IMG/VR virus record: IMGVR_UViG_3300019886_000007
Span: 1-51,421 of that record
Strand: one strand, 5' to 3'
DNA length: 51,421 bases
Origin: a virus
Taxonomy: Duplodnaviria > Caudoviricetes
The notes under the pieces are model-generated. The model ran no database searches, had not been told where the DNA came from, and saw nothing but the letters and a program-made list of their open reading frames with translations. Positions 7,628 to 17,959 of the stretch are shown piece after piece (within the stretch, counting starts at the first letter, position 1; each line of letters begins with the position of its first letter). Position numbers and translations under genes: made by a program.

Positions 7628-10342
7628 TTAAACCTCGGCCGGTAGTAGTTTTGCAGCCACTAATGCCTTCTCAATTCTATTAAAGCGTTCACCTAGCTGT
7701 CGAATAGCACCGGTGTGAAGCATTGTTAAGCGGCTCATGTTAACGAAATGATGCCCGTCATCATTGAAAGATACCAACTTTAGTTCAACTAAATCGGCAC
7801 GAGTTTTTTCCATCCATTCGCGGAACCCATATCTCAATGGGTCGTCCTTTCTAGTTACATGAGCCGATAGCTTGTTTAGAAGCTCTATGTCATCATGTGT
7901 ATCGAAGTTAGTCCACGCTGTGCCTACATCTTGGTGTGAATCTCCGTCTGCATCTAAGATAAATCTAGTATTTGTGTCCGATTGAACCACGAGAATATTA
8001 GCGTTCGCGCCGGGCGCACCAACAGTTGTACCACTCTTCTTGGATGCACGGATATTGACTGCGCCATCGGAACTGTTTGTCTTAGATGTGTCATCAGTCG
8101 TATATCTAGCATTGAAAGCAATAGCTGTACGGTCTGAGATATAACCAAAGAAGTTTAATCCACCAGTTGTTGGTCCCACTTTCGTAATATAGCCAAAGGT
8201 ATCAGTCTCAGTTAGAGTTGTCATCCCATGTGCAACATCTGATGATTTGAGACTCAAGATTTCGTCATCATTTGCAGCTTGATTAATCGTTAAACCAAGT
8301 GTACTACTAGCATTTGATACATCACCAATAAACATTGTACCATCAAATCGTGCCGCTCCAGCATCTACCCAAATCGCCCAATTCTGTGCGCCAGATGCAG
8401 CAGGAGCATCAGAGATATAGACAGTTGCAGCGTCAGTTACAGCAGCAGCGCCACCGGTGATAGTTGGTGCAGTTACCGATAATCCCATCAATCGTGCATG
8501 TGTACCAGAACCAGCTTCTGTAATTGTGCCAGTAATATCTACACAGACAGCATTTGCGTTAGCAGCAGGAAGTGGAGCTAATGTGTAAGCTGCAAATGTA
8601 CTAAGAGTTAACCGTGTAGTAGCTGTTTGAATTGTAGAACTAGATGCTCCCGGCTGGCCCGTTTGAAATATAATGTTACCTTGTGTAGCACTGCCAGTTG
8701 AACGTGGAGCAATAAATGTTACACCAGTTACTGCATTATCAGAACCACTACCATTTACGTGATTATACACAAATCCTGGGTAAGTTGCTTCAGTTGGCCC
8801 TCCACCCATGCGAATGGACGTATTCGCCATGTTGCCGGCAGCCAACGTATTACCGCCACCATTACCAAGAGTAATCTCACGTGAAACAGAACTCGCAATG
8901 CGTGTCCCAATGATAATTGAGGCATAGTGAGTATTACCTAGTGAGCTATTGGCACCAACTACAATACCACCTTGCACTAAGTTAGCTTGTGTAGCAGAAG
9001 CACCAATAGAGATAGATTCAGTGAATGAACCTAATCTAGTTACAGTTGCCAGATGCCCGATAACTACTGAATCTCTACCATTACAAGTAGACTGACTACC
9101 GATAGATATATTACGAGTATCAGCAATAGTAAGCTGATCGCCAATGGCTACAGAATTTGATGTGGTAGAAGCAATACCTACTGGATTGTTACCGATGATA
9201 ACTGTATTCTGTGCAGCATTAACTGGTAAGTTATGTCCAATATGAACATATGTCGTACCCGTCTGTGATCCTGACGAGTTACCAATTAACAATATTTCCT
9301 GTCCAGAAGTAGGATTTGCAAGAGCCCCACTACCAATAACAATACCTCTTGAACCACCGGCACTAGATTCTAACTTGGCTCCTCTACCAATAACTATGGA
9401 ACCAAGATTGGAACCACTAGTAGTAGCTTTAAGTCCAGCATCAGCACCAATAACTATAGAGGCTGAAGTAAATGTCGCAGTACCAGTAGTAGCAATAGTA
9501 GCTAACTTGCCAATAACAATATCTTCTGCAATCTTTGGTGTAGCTATACGGCCAATACTGATATTGTCAGCGGCAACAGCAAGTGCTCCATTACCAATAG
9601 CAATGGCGCTAGTAACTGCTGCTGAAATAGTTGCAGCTGTACCAAATGCAATACTGTTATCAGCAAGAGCACCTAATGTAGCTGCCTTACCAAATGCGAT
9701 ACCAGAAACAGATGTTCCAGTTGTGGCAGCAGAACCAAATGCATATGCATCTGCACCATTTGCAATTGCTGATTTACCAAATACACCTACATTTATAGCA
9801 CCTATAGTAATACCATTACCAATACCAATAGCATCAGTGGTAGTAGCACTAAATGTACCTGTTGTTCCAGTTACAATAATAGCATTATCTGTAGCTTCTA
9901 CAAAGCTAGCAAATTTACGCCAACCAGTATTTCCTACTCCAGTTGCTTTGAACCATACAGAATGTCCACCAGCGGCGGCATCCCTCTGTTCGTATAACTT
10001 ACCAATTGGCGCTGTGACTACAGTTTCAGGTGACCCATTACCAGATAGGTTTCCACCAATAGCTGCCCATCCAGTATTGCCAATACCACTCATCTTGATA
10101 TAGAATATCTGTCCCGTCAAATCAATAAAAGCTGCACCGGGACCAGCAGTTTGTGCTCCTTCTGGAGTTGCAACACCTGTGTATTTAACTAAGAATCCTG
10201 GAAAATCATCTGTCTCAGCTAGATCAGATTGTGTAACTATAAACTTACCTACACGATTATCTACATCATCAAACGTAGGATGGTTTTCACCAACCACACG
10301 TTCATCAAACTGTACCCACGGAATAGCAGCAGGTGTACTCAT
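7628..10342 (-). CDS. Tail fibre / receptor-binding protein with YadA-like beta-roll repeats
   Basis: 904 aa. Two N-terminal PE..TA..G..Y/W.K..G.GNTGW repeats, many roughly 14-aa (S/A)I(A/V)IG repeats, and a C-terminal chaperone-like coiled coil (VNMSRLTMLHTGAIRQL). Confidence 0.8.
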   Translation of the reverse strand: MSTPAAIPWVQFDERVVGENHPTFDDVDNRVGKFIVTQSDLAETDDFPGFLVKYTGVATPEGAQTAGPGAAFIDLTGQIFYIKMSGIGNTGWAAIGGNLSGNGSPETVVTAPIGKLYEQRDAAAGGHSVWFKATGVGNTGWRKFASFVEATDNAIIVTGTTGTFSATTTDAIGIGNGITIGAINVGVFGKSAIANGADAYAFGSAATTGTSVSGIAFGKAATLGALADNSIAFGTAATISAAVTSAIAIGNGALAVAADNISIGRIATPKIAEDIVIGKLATIATTGTATFTSASIVIGADAGLKATTSGSNLGSIVIGRGAKLESSAGGSRGIVIGSGALANPTSGQEILLIGNSSGSQTGTTYVHIGHNLPVNAAQNTVIIGNNPVGIASTTSNSVAIGDQLTIADTRNISIGSQSTCNGRDSVVIGHLATVTRLGSFTESISIGASATQANLVQGGIVVGANSSLGNTHYASIIIGTRIASSVSREITLGNGGGNTLAAGNMANTSIRMGGGPTEATYPGFVYNHVNGSGSDNAVTGVTFIAPRSTGSATQGNIIFQTGQPGASSSTIQTATTRLTLSTFAAYTLAPLPAANANAVCVDITGTITEAGSGTHARLMGLSVTAPTITGGAAAVTDAATVYISDAPAASGAQNWAIWVDAGAARFDGTMFIGDVSNASSTLGLTINQAANDDEILSLKSSDVAHGMTTLTETDTFGYITKVGPTTGGLNFFGYISDRTAIAFNARYTTDDTSKTNSSDGAVNIRASKKSGTTVGAPGANANILVVQSDTNTRFILDADGDSHQDVGTAWTNFDTHDDIELLNKLSAHVTRKDDPLRYGFREWMEKTRADLVELKLVSFNDDGHHFVNMSRLTMLHTGAIRQLGERFNRIEKALVAAKLLPAEV

Positions 10343-10345
10343 TTA

Positions 10346-10579
10346 TTAGGCACTCAAGGTTGCCGAATAGATTGGCGTACCATCATAGAAGAAGTTACCA
10401 TCGTATAATACCAATGTGACAGCAACTAATTCACCACATGCGCATAATGAAATATCACCTATTGAAATCGTTAATGCGCCAGCTTCCTTTACGAACGCAG
10501 ACTGAGCACCAGACTCATCCGTAAAGGTTGGAATCGTTGGTGATTCTACAACTACAGTTTCACCAGTGCATCTAGCCAT
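10346..10579 (-). CDS. Small tail-associated protein
   Basis: 77 aa, ending in YDGNFFYDG (YDG repeats seen in tail proteins). Confidence 0.45.
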   Translation of the reverse strand: MARCTGETVVVESPTIPTFTDESGAQSAFVKEAGALTISIGDISLCACGELVAVTLVLYDGNFFYDGTPIYSATLSA

Positions 10580-11232
10580 TACACATCATATTCGTTAAGT
10601 AAAACTTCAATACCAGCAGTCGGAGAGTCAATTTCCTCTTTGCTTTCCACAGGAACAGTGGTATTGATAAGTTGAGCATGGAGGTTCTTGATACGCTCGC
10701 AACGTACAATATCACCGAGGCGTAAGTAGCCACGCCACAATGCGCCGTATCCTAGAATCTCATGCCAATTCTGCGGGAATCCAGGTGTTTCATCTACTGC
10801 ACCAATTAGATCATCTAGCACAGTCCAGTATCGAATCGTGATAGTGTATTCATCATCAGGAGTGGGCCACAACTTAATACAATTCTTCTCCCGATAATAC
10901 TCTGTTGGGAAATCTTCGTCATCTGTATTGTTAACAAACTTCCTGTCGTATTCTTTTTGATTGATACGTACTAACGGAGAAAGTTTATCATCATCAGGAT
11001 TCTGAATTGACAATGATTTCAACGCTTCAAACGGTGATGGTACAGCATATAGGTTAATAGATGCTGTAGTCGAGAACGCTGCCGTGACTTCCTTCTCACG
11101 AAAGGGAAACTTATCTAGAAGTTCCCAATAACTCTTATTCAGTAGTAATAGTGCATCCTCATCTGTTAGATCATCTTCATCTAATCCCAGATGCTGACGC
11201 AAATCCTCGATGAGTGTCAGTGTTTCAATCAT
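10579..11232 (-). CDS. Head-tail adaptor / tail tubular protein A
   Basis: 217 aa, acidic, with LWPTPD and HEILGYGAL motifs typical of podovirus adaptors. Lies downstream of the capsid genes. Confidence 0.75.
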   Translation of the reverse strand: MIETLTLIEDLRQHLGLDEDDLTDEDALLLLNKSYWELLDKFPFREKEVTAAFSTTASINLYAVPSPFEALKSLSIQNPDDDKLSPLVRINQKEYDRKFVNNTDDEDFPTEYYREKNCIKLWPTPDDEYTITIRYWTVLDDLIGAVDETPGFPQNWHEILGYGALWRGYLRLGDIVRCERIKNLHAQLINTTVPVESKEEIDSPTAGIEVLLNEYDV

Positions 11233-11534
11233 GCTGCGGCCTCATCTTTAACTAGACTAGCAAAGATATCAATGTAGCGTTCTGTGCCTGGAGTTACCAT
11301 AACAACTTCTACCACACATGGTCCATATAACTTGGCTACCCCACCAAAATACTCTAATACATTTCTGATTTGAGCAACTCCACCATCAGGACCGGGACGT
11401 GAAATGTGATAGTGTATTTCGACCTTAGAGTCTAAAATACTACTTTCAATCATCCACGTCCCATTTCCTAAAGAGACACGGGCGCAGTTCTTTAGAACCT
11501 TTGGGCGTCCGCTGATTAAGAGAGGGAGCCTCAT
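11229..11534 (-). CDS. Hypothetical protein
   Basis: 101 aa, GGAG RBS, ATGA overlap with the adaptor gene. Confidence 0.5.
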   Translation of the reverse strand: MRLPLLISGRPKVLKNCARVSLGNGTWMIESSILDSKVEIHYHISRPGPDGGVAQIRNVLEYFGGVAKLYGPCVVEVVMVTPGTERYIDIFASLVKDEAAA

Positions 11535-11559
11535 TCTTGTGTCTCCAGAGTCACTATAT

Positions 11560-12444
11560 TTAAAACAGTTCTACTAAGACAGCAGACGCGGCCGCGCCAC
11601 CATCTTGTAGTGCCATACCACGAGGAATAGCAGAACCAACAAGATCGTAATATTCAGTACGTGGAATTACAGCACCATCATCCAGTGCAGTAGTACCACC
11701 GACGAATGAACCAACAGTCGGATTCACAATTAAGAATCCAAGGGTAATTAATGCAGCAGAACCAGCCGGCAATGTAAGTGCAGGCTTAGTAGCTGCAACT
11801 AATGAACCCGGTGCTGCCGTCATGGTAGTACCGTTGGATGCAGTACGGAATTCCCATAAACCAAACTGACCAACAGTAACAGTACCAACTAAAGCTGCAT
11901 AGTCAACGCCCGCAGCTAATGCGGTGCCGGGACCACCGGCAAATACAGTACGCGCTGCAAATGCTGCTTCTGACAGTGTGGAAGTACCAGCACTACGCTG
12001 CTGACCAGGAGTAATTTCTGCAAAGTACGTCAGCATATCTCCAATGATACGGCCGGCAGTTGTGCGTCCGGCAGAGAATGCTTTACCAGCCTTAATACCA
12101 GTAGCATCAGCGATACCGTAACAGACACCACGAGTCATGACATATACATCATCACCCACAATACCTGCGGCAACACCAATAGCACCAGCATCAAGAATTG
12201 CACTCATATATGTATTCTTGCCACCAACTACAATACCAGTTTGACAACCACCAGCATAATAGCTATTACCTAACGTCTTAAACCAACGTCTAATACCGGG
12301 AACTAATACAACGAAATCACCGATATTTAACGTTTGTCCAGCCGTACCACGACGTACACGCCCACCGGGAGAAGCGCCACCAGCAGCGTCTGTATCTTCT
12401 CCGTGCTCAATTACACGGAAGTTGGTTGGTGTATGCTGACCCAT
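11560..12444 (-). CDS. Capsid decoration / minor head protein, putative
   Basis: 294 aa, Gly/Ala/Thr-rich, strong AGGAG RBS directly after the major capsid gene. Confidence 0.55.
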   Translation of the reverse strand: MGQHTPTNFRVIEHGEDTDAAGGASPGGRVRRGTAGQTLNIGDFVVLVPGIRRWFKTLGNSYYAGGCQTGIVVGGKNTYMSAILDAGAIGVAAGIVGDDVYVMTRGVCYGIADATGIKAGKAFSAGRTTAGRIIGDMLTYFAEITPGQQRSAGTSTLSEAAFAARTVFAGGPGTALAAGVDYAALVGTVTVGQFGLWEFRTASNGTTMTAAPGSLVAATKPALTLPAGSAALITLGFLIVNPTVGSFVGGTTALDDGAVIPRTEYYDLVGSAIPRGMALQDGGAAASAVLVELF

Positions 12445-12456
12445 TTTAGTTTTCTC

Positions 12457-13368
12457 CTAAGAAGGGTTAGCGCCAGCCCAACCACGCCAATCTACGAACC
12501 AGATCAAGAATCTGGTAGAAGCTTTCGCCTTCATCGCATCCGTATCAAAGTCGAAAGTATCTTCGAAAGTGACAGGACGACGAGTAAGGAACCACGCATC
12601 GTTCCACTTAGAGTCCACCATGAAATAGCTGCGCACAGAACTCTTGAAGTGTGAAACGATGATCTTCGGCTTCGGAATACGCATACGAATCGCGTTTTCC
12701 TGATTCTCAGCAGTAAATGGCTCTAACTGAGAATTAAAGATTTGAAGCGCACGGTGATAATCACCCGCGTTGTTACCAAGAATGACCGTATCGGGGAATA
12801 CACGAATCGGATCACCGTTCTCATCCTTCATCACCTGATACAGATCGAGCAGAGCGGTAATACCCGTTACACTAAATTGCACTTCTGTAGATGGACGGTT
12901 AGCTACAGTTGCAGACGAATTAATAAGGGTATGTGCGGTGTTGATAAGCGAAAGGCTATCAATACCCTTGAAGTCAGTACCAGTGAATGCATCATCCAGC
13001 AATGCAGCAGACCGATACTCCATCGTCATACGTGCAGCATTCGCTAACCACTTCGACGCCTGATTCGCTTTATTGTACTGGTCATCTTCAACCGTCTTAC
13101 GAGAGACGATATAACCAGAAGCGAATTCCTTATCTACTCCCATCACTTTCGGCCCTAACTTCGGCTGATCGTAAGTAACGGGTTCACCATCTCCACGCTC
13201 GTACAGACGCGAAAGCCCCGCCATAATCGTGGCGGATTGTTCCGGCATAGTAGTAGAACCTGTGCGCAGGAACATTGGATACTCTGGATCAAACTGTTCA
13301 TAACTGTCACGGAAATCCTTTCGGAGTCCGGGACGGAACAGCAGATTGAATGCGCCTTGCACAATCAT
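12457..13368 (-). CDS. Major capsid protein (HK97 fold, Mu gpT-like family)
   Basis: 303 aa. Motifs LFRPGLRKDF, GEPVTYD, VSRKTVEDDQY and DFDT...R...DWRG. Synteny after the scaffold gene. Confidence 0.88.
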   Translation of the reverse strand: MIVQGAFNLLFRPGLRKDFRDSYEQFDPEYPMFLRTGSTTMPEQSATIMAGLSRLYERGDGEPVTYDQPKLGPKVMGVDKEFASGYIVSRKTVEDDQYNKANQASKWLANAARMTMEYRSAALLDDAFTGTDFKGIDSLSLINTAHTLINSSATVANRPSTEVQFSVTGITALLDLYQVMKDENGDPIRVFPDTVILGNNAGDYHRALQIFNSQLEPFTAENQENAIRMRIPKPKIIVSHFKSSVRSYFMVDSKWNDAWFLTRRPVTFEDTFDFDTDAMKAKASTRFLIWFVDWRGWAGANPS

Positions 13369-13404
13369 TGTAGCGCCTCTTGTGAGGAACCTACCGAATC
13401 TTGG

Positions 13405-13914
13405 TTAAACAGCAGTGATTTCAATTGCAGTGGCAACGAACTTAACAAACGTCAGACCTTCAAGTAAGTCTACATCAACAATCTTGAAGATGAGTGTAGT
13501 AACTTCTGAACGGTCAATACGCCACTCACCAGCAACGTTTAATACACCGTAAACTTCACCAACGTGCGTCTGTGCAGGAGCAACGATGTTACCAGAACCA
13601 TCTTCCTGTCTGATAGAATAGACAGTATCAGTATCCGCCTGCACAAACGAAACTTCCTGCACGCGACCAGTAACAACAGTTGGTGAGTTTGCAGCATCCC
13701 ATCCAGGCTTAGATGCAGCCTTTTCTAATGCAACACCGGCAACGTTAATAGCAGTAGTACCTGTGTGGAGAATAAGCAAACCGGAAGCGTTATGTGCAAG
13801 TAAACTACCCTGCACAATCACCGCACCAGTATTGTATGCTCCAGACAGAATATCTGGCACCTTTCCTTTCGGGTGCCGAACTGGATAAAGATATGGCTTT
13901 GCACTCATGTGCAT
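13405..13914 (-). CDS. Capsid cement / auxiliary head protein, putative
   Basis: 169-aa beta-rich ORF immediately upstream of the capsid gene. Confidence 0.5.
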   Translation of the reverse strand: MHMSAKPYLYPVRHPKGKVPDILSGAYNTGAVIVQGSLLAHNASGLLILHTGTTAINVAGVALEKAASKPGWDAANSPTVVTGRVQEVSFVQADTDTVYSIRQEDGSGNIVAPAQTHVGEVYGVLNVAGEWRIDRSEVTTLIFKIVDVDLLEGLTFVKFVATAIEITAV

Positions 13915-13922
13915 TTACTCCA

Positions 13923-14426
13923 TTACTCGGGGATAATTCCTAATGCTTGCTCGATTACTTCTTTGCGAGCTTCATTCACAGAACCCTCACCAATCGGGTC
14001 CAGTCCTTCACGTTCAGTCATCTTGTTAAAATCCTTCTCTTCTTTCTGTGTCTTGCCTTTGCGGTTTAACCGCGTGTATTGCTCTCGTTTAATTTCGTCG
14101 ATTAAGTCTTTCGTTTCTTTTTCACACGTCATGAATACAACATCTCCGACGTATGAAGCACCAGTTCCCTTACTGTGTAATGCGCGCTTCGGAGCATACT
14201 CCGTGTCAACCGTGAAACCTAATGCTTCCATTCGCATGATTTCAGTTTGATCGTTGAAAATCCATTCACCATGTAGGTTATCTGGAAGATCAACTTTCAA
14301 TCTGTCACCAACGATTCCACGATCAAGAACAGATGCTAACCGAATCTTCTTTTGAGCGCGCGTTAATTCTTCGGTTGCCACCTGTGTTTGATCGCCTACC
14401 TTTAATTCTTCGCGTTCTTGTGACAT
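13923..14426 (-). CDS. Conserved head-module hypothetical protein
   Basis: 167 aa between scaffold and capsid, with HGEWI...GF...VGDVVFM motifs. Confidence 0.5.
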   Translation of the reverse strand: MSQEREELKVGDQTQVATEELTRAQKKIRLASVLDRGIVGDRLKVDLPDNLHGEWIFNDQTEIMRMEALGFTVDTEYAPKRALHSKGTGASYVGDVVFMTCEKETKDLIDEIKREQYTRLNRKGKTQKEEKDFNKMTEREGLDPIGEGSVNEARKEVIEQALGIIPE

Positions 14427-14429
14427 GAG

Positions 14430-15323
14430 TTATCTCGTTGGCTGAGTATTAGTAGCACGTTGTACTTGTGACTGTGGATTCGCGTTTGCATCTGGCTTCG
14501 GCTTCCCGATTGTAGATGTAGCAACTTGTGTTGCTGGCAAATCCAACCATTGTAAATACTCTTCCTTGTTTAATCCACGCTCTTTCGCTAAACGTGCTTC
14601 CAATTCAGTAAGATCACGCGTAGCGGGAGCATTATTCTCAGGCTGTAAAGTTACAGGAGTAGAACGTAAATGCGCTGGAGTAATCACACGACCCTGCTGC
14701 TGTTGTGGTTGATTAGATGGTGGAGCACCAGTAACCTGTGTCTGTTGCTGCTGTTGTTGTCCATTTGCAGGTGTTAACTGTACCCCAGGCACCTGTCCAG
14801 TTACAACAGAACCAATTGCACTAAGTACAGCAAGTTGCATATTCTGATCGTTAGCTTCTGCACCCGTCATCATCTGATCTACCATACCCTCAATCTTCGG
14901 GAAGATTTCCGCGTATCGAGGATCATTCTTGAATCGAGACTTTAGACCATCATATCCAGACTGACGCTCCATCTGCGTCTTGAAATCATAAAGAGGTTTT
15001 ACAGCACGCTGTGTCTCTTCACGAATAAGCTTCTGGATATTAGCAGCAGGATTTTGCCAGAAATCACCTGCCGTCTCCGTAGGAATCGGAGGGTTTAATT
15101 CGCTCTGCTGTCCAGCATTCCGTAACCGTGTATTTTCAGCTTCTGCTGTACGTAACCGTGCTGCTTGGTCACGCATATTGGCTTCCATTAATTCTAGAAG
15201 CCGATTATTCTGTGGTGCCGGTTGTTCAGTAGCCGTCGTCGTCGGCAAATCCGCTGCCGGTGTCTCTGTTTGCGCGGGCGGCTGTTCCGTCTGTACCTGC
15301 TCCGGCTGTACTGGGGCTGCCAT
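14430..15323 (-). CDS. Scaffolding protein
   Basis: Pro/Gln/Glu-rich flexible N-terminus, a coiled coil, and a C-terminal LTELEARLAKERGLNKEEY helix-turn-helix. Lies between portal and capsid. Confidence 0.7.
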   Translation of the reverse strand: MAAPVQPEQVQTEQPPAQTETPAADLPTTTATEQPAPQNNRLLELMEANMRDQAARLRTAEAENTRLRNAGQQSELNPPIPTETAGDFWQNPAANIQKLIREETQRAVKPLYDFKTQMERQSGYDGLKSRFKNDPRYAEIFPKIEGMVDQMMTGAEANDQNMQLAVLSAIGSVVTGQVPGVQLTPANGQQQQQQTQVTGAPPSNQPQQQQGRVITPAHLRSTPVTLQPENNAPATRDLTELEARLAKERGLNKEEYLQWLDLPATQVATSTIGKPKPDANANPQSQVQRATNTQPTR

Positions 15324-15564
15324 CGTTGTGTTCCTCAGAGTAGAGGTTTAAAATTAATTCTAATAAGAATCTACTTTGTTGTAACGCACCTTTACGAGTA
15401 AATGCATCTTTCGATTTACTGAAGGCGACCAGCTCCGTTTCCGCCTGTCTCTCCAATAGCCGACATAATTTGGTTAAGGAGGTCCATTCCCTCTGGCGAG
15501 CCAGCGTTTTGAGGTTGAGATAATCCTCCTGGCTGAGTCCCAACTTCTGTAGGTCCACCGCCAT
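15226..15564 (-). CDS. Small portal-adjacent protein (overlaps portal and scaffold)
   Basis: GGAG RBS and ATG 15564. Helical, 112 aa, in the usual post-portal position. Confidence 0.5.
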   Translation of the reverse strand: MAVDLQKLGLSQEDYLNLKTLARQREWTSLTKLCRLLERQAETELVAFSKSKDAFTRKGALQQSRFLLELILNLYSEEHNDGSPSTAGAGTDGTAARANRDTGSGFADDDGY

Positions 15565-17383
15565 TTTGTGCTCCCGGCTGATTAGCCGCTGCTCCAGGTA
15601 GTAATGCTGCTTGACCTTGATTCTGTAATTCAGACATAACAATACGCTCAATATTGCGAACATCGAATGTCTCTAAGAACTGTTTCATTGCTTCTGTACC
15701 AGCAAGCATACCCTTTTGTACAACGAACATAATCAGTTGCGGATTCTGTGTAAACTGTGCTAACTGTAACATACCTGTATAATACTGTTGTACACCTGCA
15801 CTAATCTGTGCCCAATTCTGGCGATCAAGAATCTTATTCTGTTGCTGACCAGCAGGATTGATTTCGATTAAGAAGTTTCCACGAATCAATTCTGTCGGCA
15901 AACTGAAAAATTTCTGCGCTAAATCTCCATTCTCTACCAGATTGTAGTATTCTACATTGCGGGCCCCAAACTGGCGAATGTTCACCGCCACGTCGATAAT
16001 CAACTCTCTCATCCATTGCTTTACATTCTTGAAGGCAAAGTCGAATTTCTTATTGCCTTCTTGAATACGCGCAAGATCGCTCGTCGCCGTTCCCGGTGTT
16101 CCCACTTGAGGCATTCCGAGAACGACTTCATTAACACCTGTTCTCTGTTGCGCGTAGATGTTTGACGCTTGTTCGTTTGAGTATGCACTTGGATTAACTT
16201 CCGACATTTTGAAAGGTTCGATAAATGACATATCATCTACGAACCACATCTTACCCGGAAAGATAGGTTCCTTGGGACCATACCCAGAAAGCTTGTGAAT
16301 CTTAAGCATAGGCATATTTGCAATTGTTCCAGCATCCAGACGCTGCCTATGCATCGTAGTAATTTCGCGCTGAAATTGTTCTGCTTGCTTACAAATCCCA
16401 ATACCTGCCCAACGGTGTTCAACAGGAAAATAAACACCCTTACGATAAGGACGATGAAGATCGTCATACCAGTTATACCTAACACTCATGAGTGTGCCAG
16501 ATTGACGATGATAGTGTACGACAATTTCCTTATCGAATCCACTACCGTCCACATCCCATCCCAGCCATAACTCATGCCACTCAATTAATCTCGGCCACTG
16601 TGCAGCACGCTTCTCTAAATCCTCTTGCTGAGTTTCAGTTTCGCGTGTCTGTATAGTTCCAGTACCTGTACGCGAGTATGAAACCCATGCTTCCATCTTC
16701 TCCATAACTTCTGGATAGAAGAAACTGCTTTGAACTAACTGTTTTACTTCATATGGAGAACCCTGATGTTCTTCACCACACCAAGGCGAAGTTTGTGGGT
16801 CTTGATGTGCAAAAGGCATAACATATCTGCCCGATGGAACGGCATCAATACACGCGCCTTGCCGTGTGACAACATCAAACTCTCGTGATTCAATTACATT
16901 TCCGTCTTGATCTGTGATATCGCGTACTGCTGTGCGTAATTGATACTCATATGAACACTTGGCGATACCAGTACCATACTTCTCTAACTCCAAGATACCA
17001 GAGTCAATCTGAGAATAGTTACGACTGTTCCCAAGTATCTCATGATCCAACATTTTCTCTACTGCCACATCCACATCTACTAAATCTTTCGATTTAGCCT
17101 TCGCACTAACAAATTGTGGTAACCCAAACAAAGTTGTCATTGTGCGAGCGTGCACCGCTTCCACGGAAATAGCTGTAATTGGGATAATTAGACGACTCGC
17201 ACCCGTAAACGGAAAGGTTGCACGCTCCTTCTTGCTCTTGGCCCAATAATCTCGCTGCCATGACTTCAATTCCTCTCTGTAATCCGTGTTTTCAGCATAG
17301 TGACGTAGCAATTCATCATCCAGATAGCTTCTTAGCCTCTGTTCTGTCTCTGCATCTAGCCGAATATTACGTGGATACGGCAT
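15416..17383 (-). CDS. Portal protein
   Basis: 655 aa, motifs PFTGASRL, KYGTGIAK, WAGIGI and QQRTGVNEVVLG...TAT. Lies downstream of the terminase. Confidence 0.88.
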   Translation of the reverse strand: MPYPRNIRLDAETEQRLRSYLDDELLRHYAENTDYREELKSWQRDYWAKSKKERATFPFTGASRLIIPITAISVEAVHARTMTTLFGLPQFVSAKAKSKDLVDVDVAVEKMLDHEILGNSRNYSQIDSGILELEKYGTGIAKCSYEYQLRTAVRDITDQDGNVIESREFDVVTRQGACIDAVPSGRYVMPFAHQDPQTSPWCGEEHQGSPYEVKQLVQSSFFYPEVMEKMEAWVSYSRTGTGTIQTRETETQQEDLEKRAAQWPRLIEWHELWLGWDVDGSGFDKEIVVHYHRQSGTLMSVRYNWYDDLHRPYRKGVYFPVEHRWAGIGICKQAEQFQREITTMHRQRLDAGTIANMPMLKIHKLSGYGPKEPIFPGKMWFVDDMSFIEPFKMSEVNPSAYSNEQASNIYAQQRTGVNEVVLGMPQVGTPGTATSDLARIQEGNKKFDFAFKNVKQWMRELIIDVAVNIRQFGARNVEYYNLVENGDLAQKFFSLPTELIRGNFLIEINPAGQQQNKILDRQNWAQISAGVQQYYTGMLQLAQFTQNPQLIMFVVQKGMLAGTEAMKQFLETFDVRNIERIVMSELQNQGQAALLPGAAANQPGAQNGGGPTEVGTQPGGLSQPQNAGSPEGMDLLNQIMSAIGETGGNGAGRLQ

Positions 17384-17392
17384 CTAAAACCT

Positions 17393-17959
17393 CTATTTGA
17401 CCACCGAAATGACTGTTATTAGACCGATTCCAGCCAAAATACCATACCCAAATACCTTAGGATTATGCCAAAAACCATGCTTTTCTGACGCTGGAAACGG
17501 TGTAAATGTGATCCTTGGAGTCGAATTTGAGTCAAAATCAGCCTCTAAATCCGTAATATAACCTGTACTAAATAGCTTAGAGACAGCTTCTGTGCCTGTC
17601 CGAAGAGAAAATGACCTAATAACTGTAGTATCGCCCCAAACTCTGCCACCATTAACAGAAAGTACAGGCCAAATATTAGGCCGTTCTTCTGCCGGAGCAT
17701 TAACAGGAATATGAACATCGCGCAAAGTGATAACAGTTGGTGTTAAATTCACTGTATCAGTTGTATGAACCCGTTTGCGCCACTTTTTGATGCTATCTGT
17801 AAGCCATTTAGGCTCTTTATCCACTGTATCGTACACTGTAATGATCTTTGGTACTACTTTTGGTGCTTCTTTAGTACGCGCACACATCGTGGAGCCTAAC
17901 ACGAATGCAAAGAAACTAACTATACATGTGAGAATAACCTGTTTCCACGTCACGTTCAT
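17393..17959 (-). CDS. Membrane protein with N- and C-terminal hydrophobic segments, possibly spanin-like
   Basis: N-terminal TM ending in Cys, V.DTV repeats, C-terminal TM. Confidence 0.4.
   Translation of the reverse strand: MNVTWKQVILTCIVSFFAFVLGSTMCARTKEAPKVVPKIITVYDTVDKEPKWLTDSIKKWRKRVHTTDTVNLTPTVITLRDVHIPVNAPAEERPNIWPVLSVNGGRVWGDTTVIRSFSLRTGTEAVSKLFSTGYITDLEADFDSNSTPRITFTPFPASEKHGFWHNPKVFGYGILAGIGLITVISVVK

Noticed and set aside
9375-10103. 242-aa plus-strand ORF, and similar antisense ORFs at 197-505 and 48540-51062
   Set aside because: Shadow frames of strongly biased minus-strand genes
7628-10342. Diversity-generating retroelement acting on the tail fibre
   Set aside because: No reverse transcriptase and no template/variable repeat pair seen
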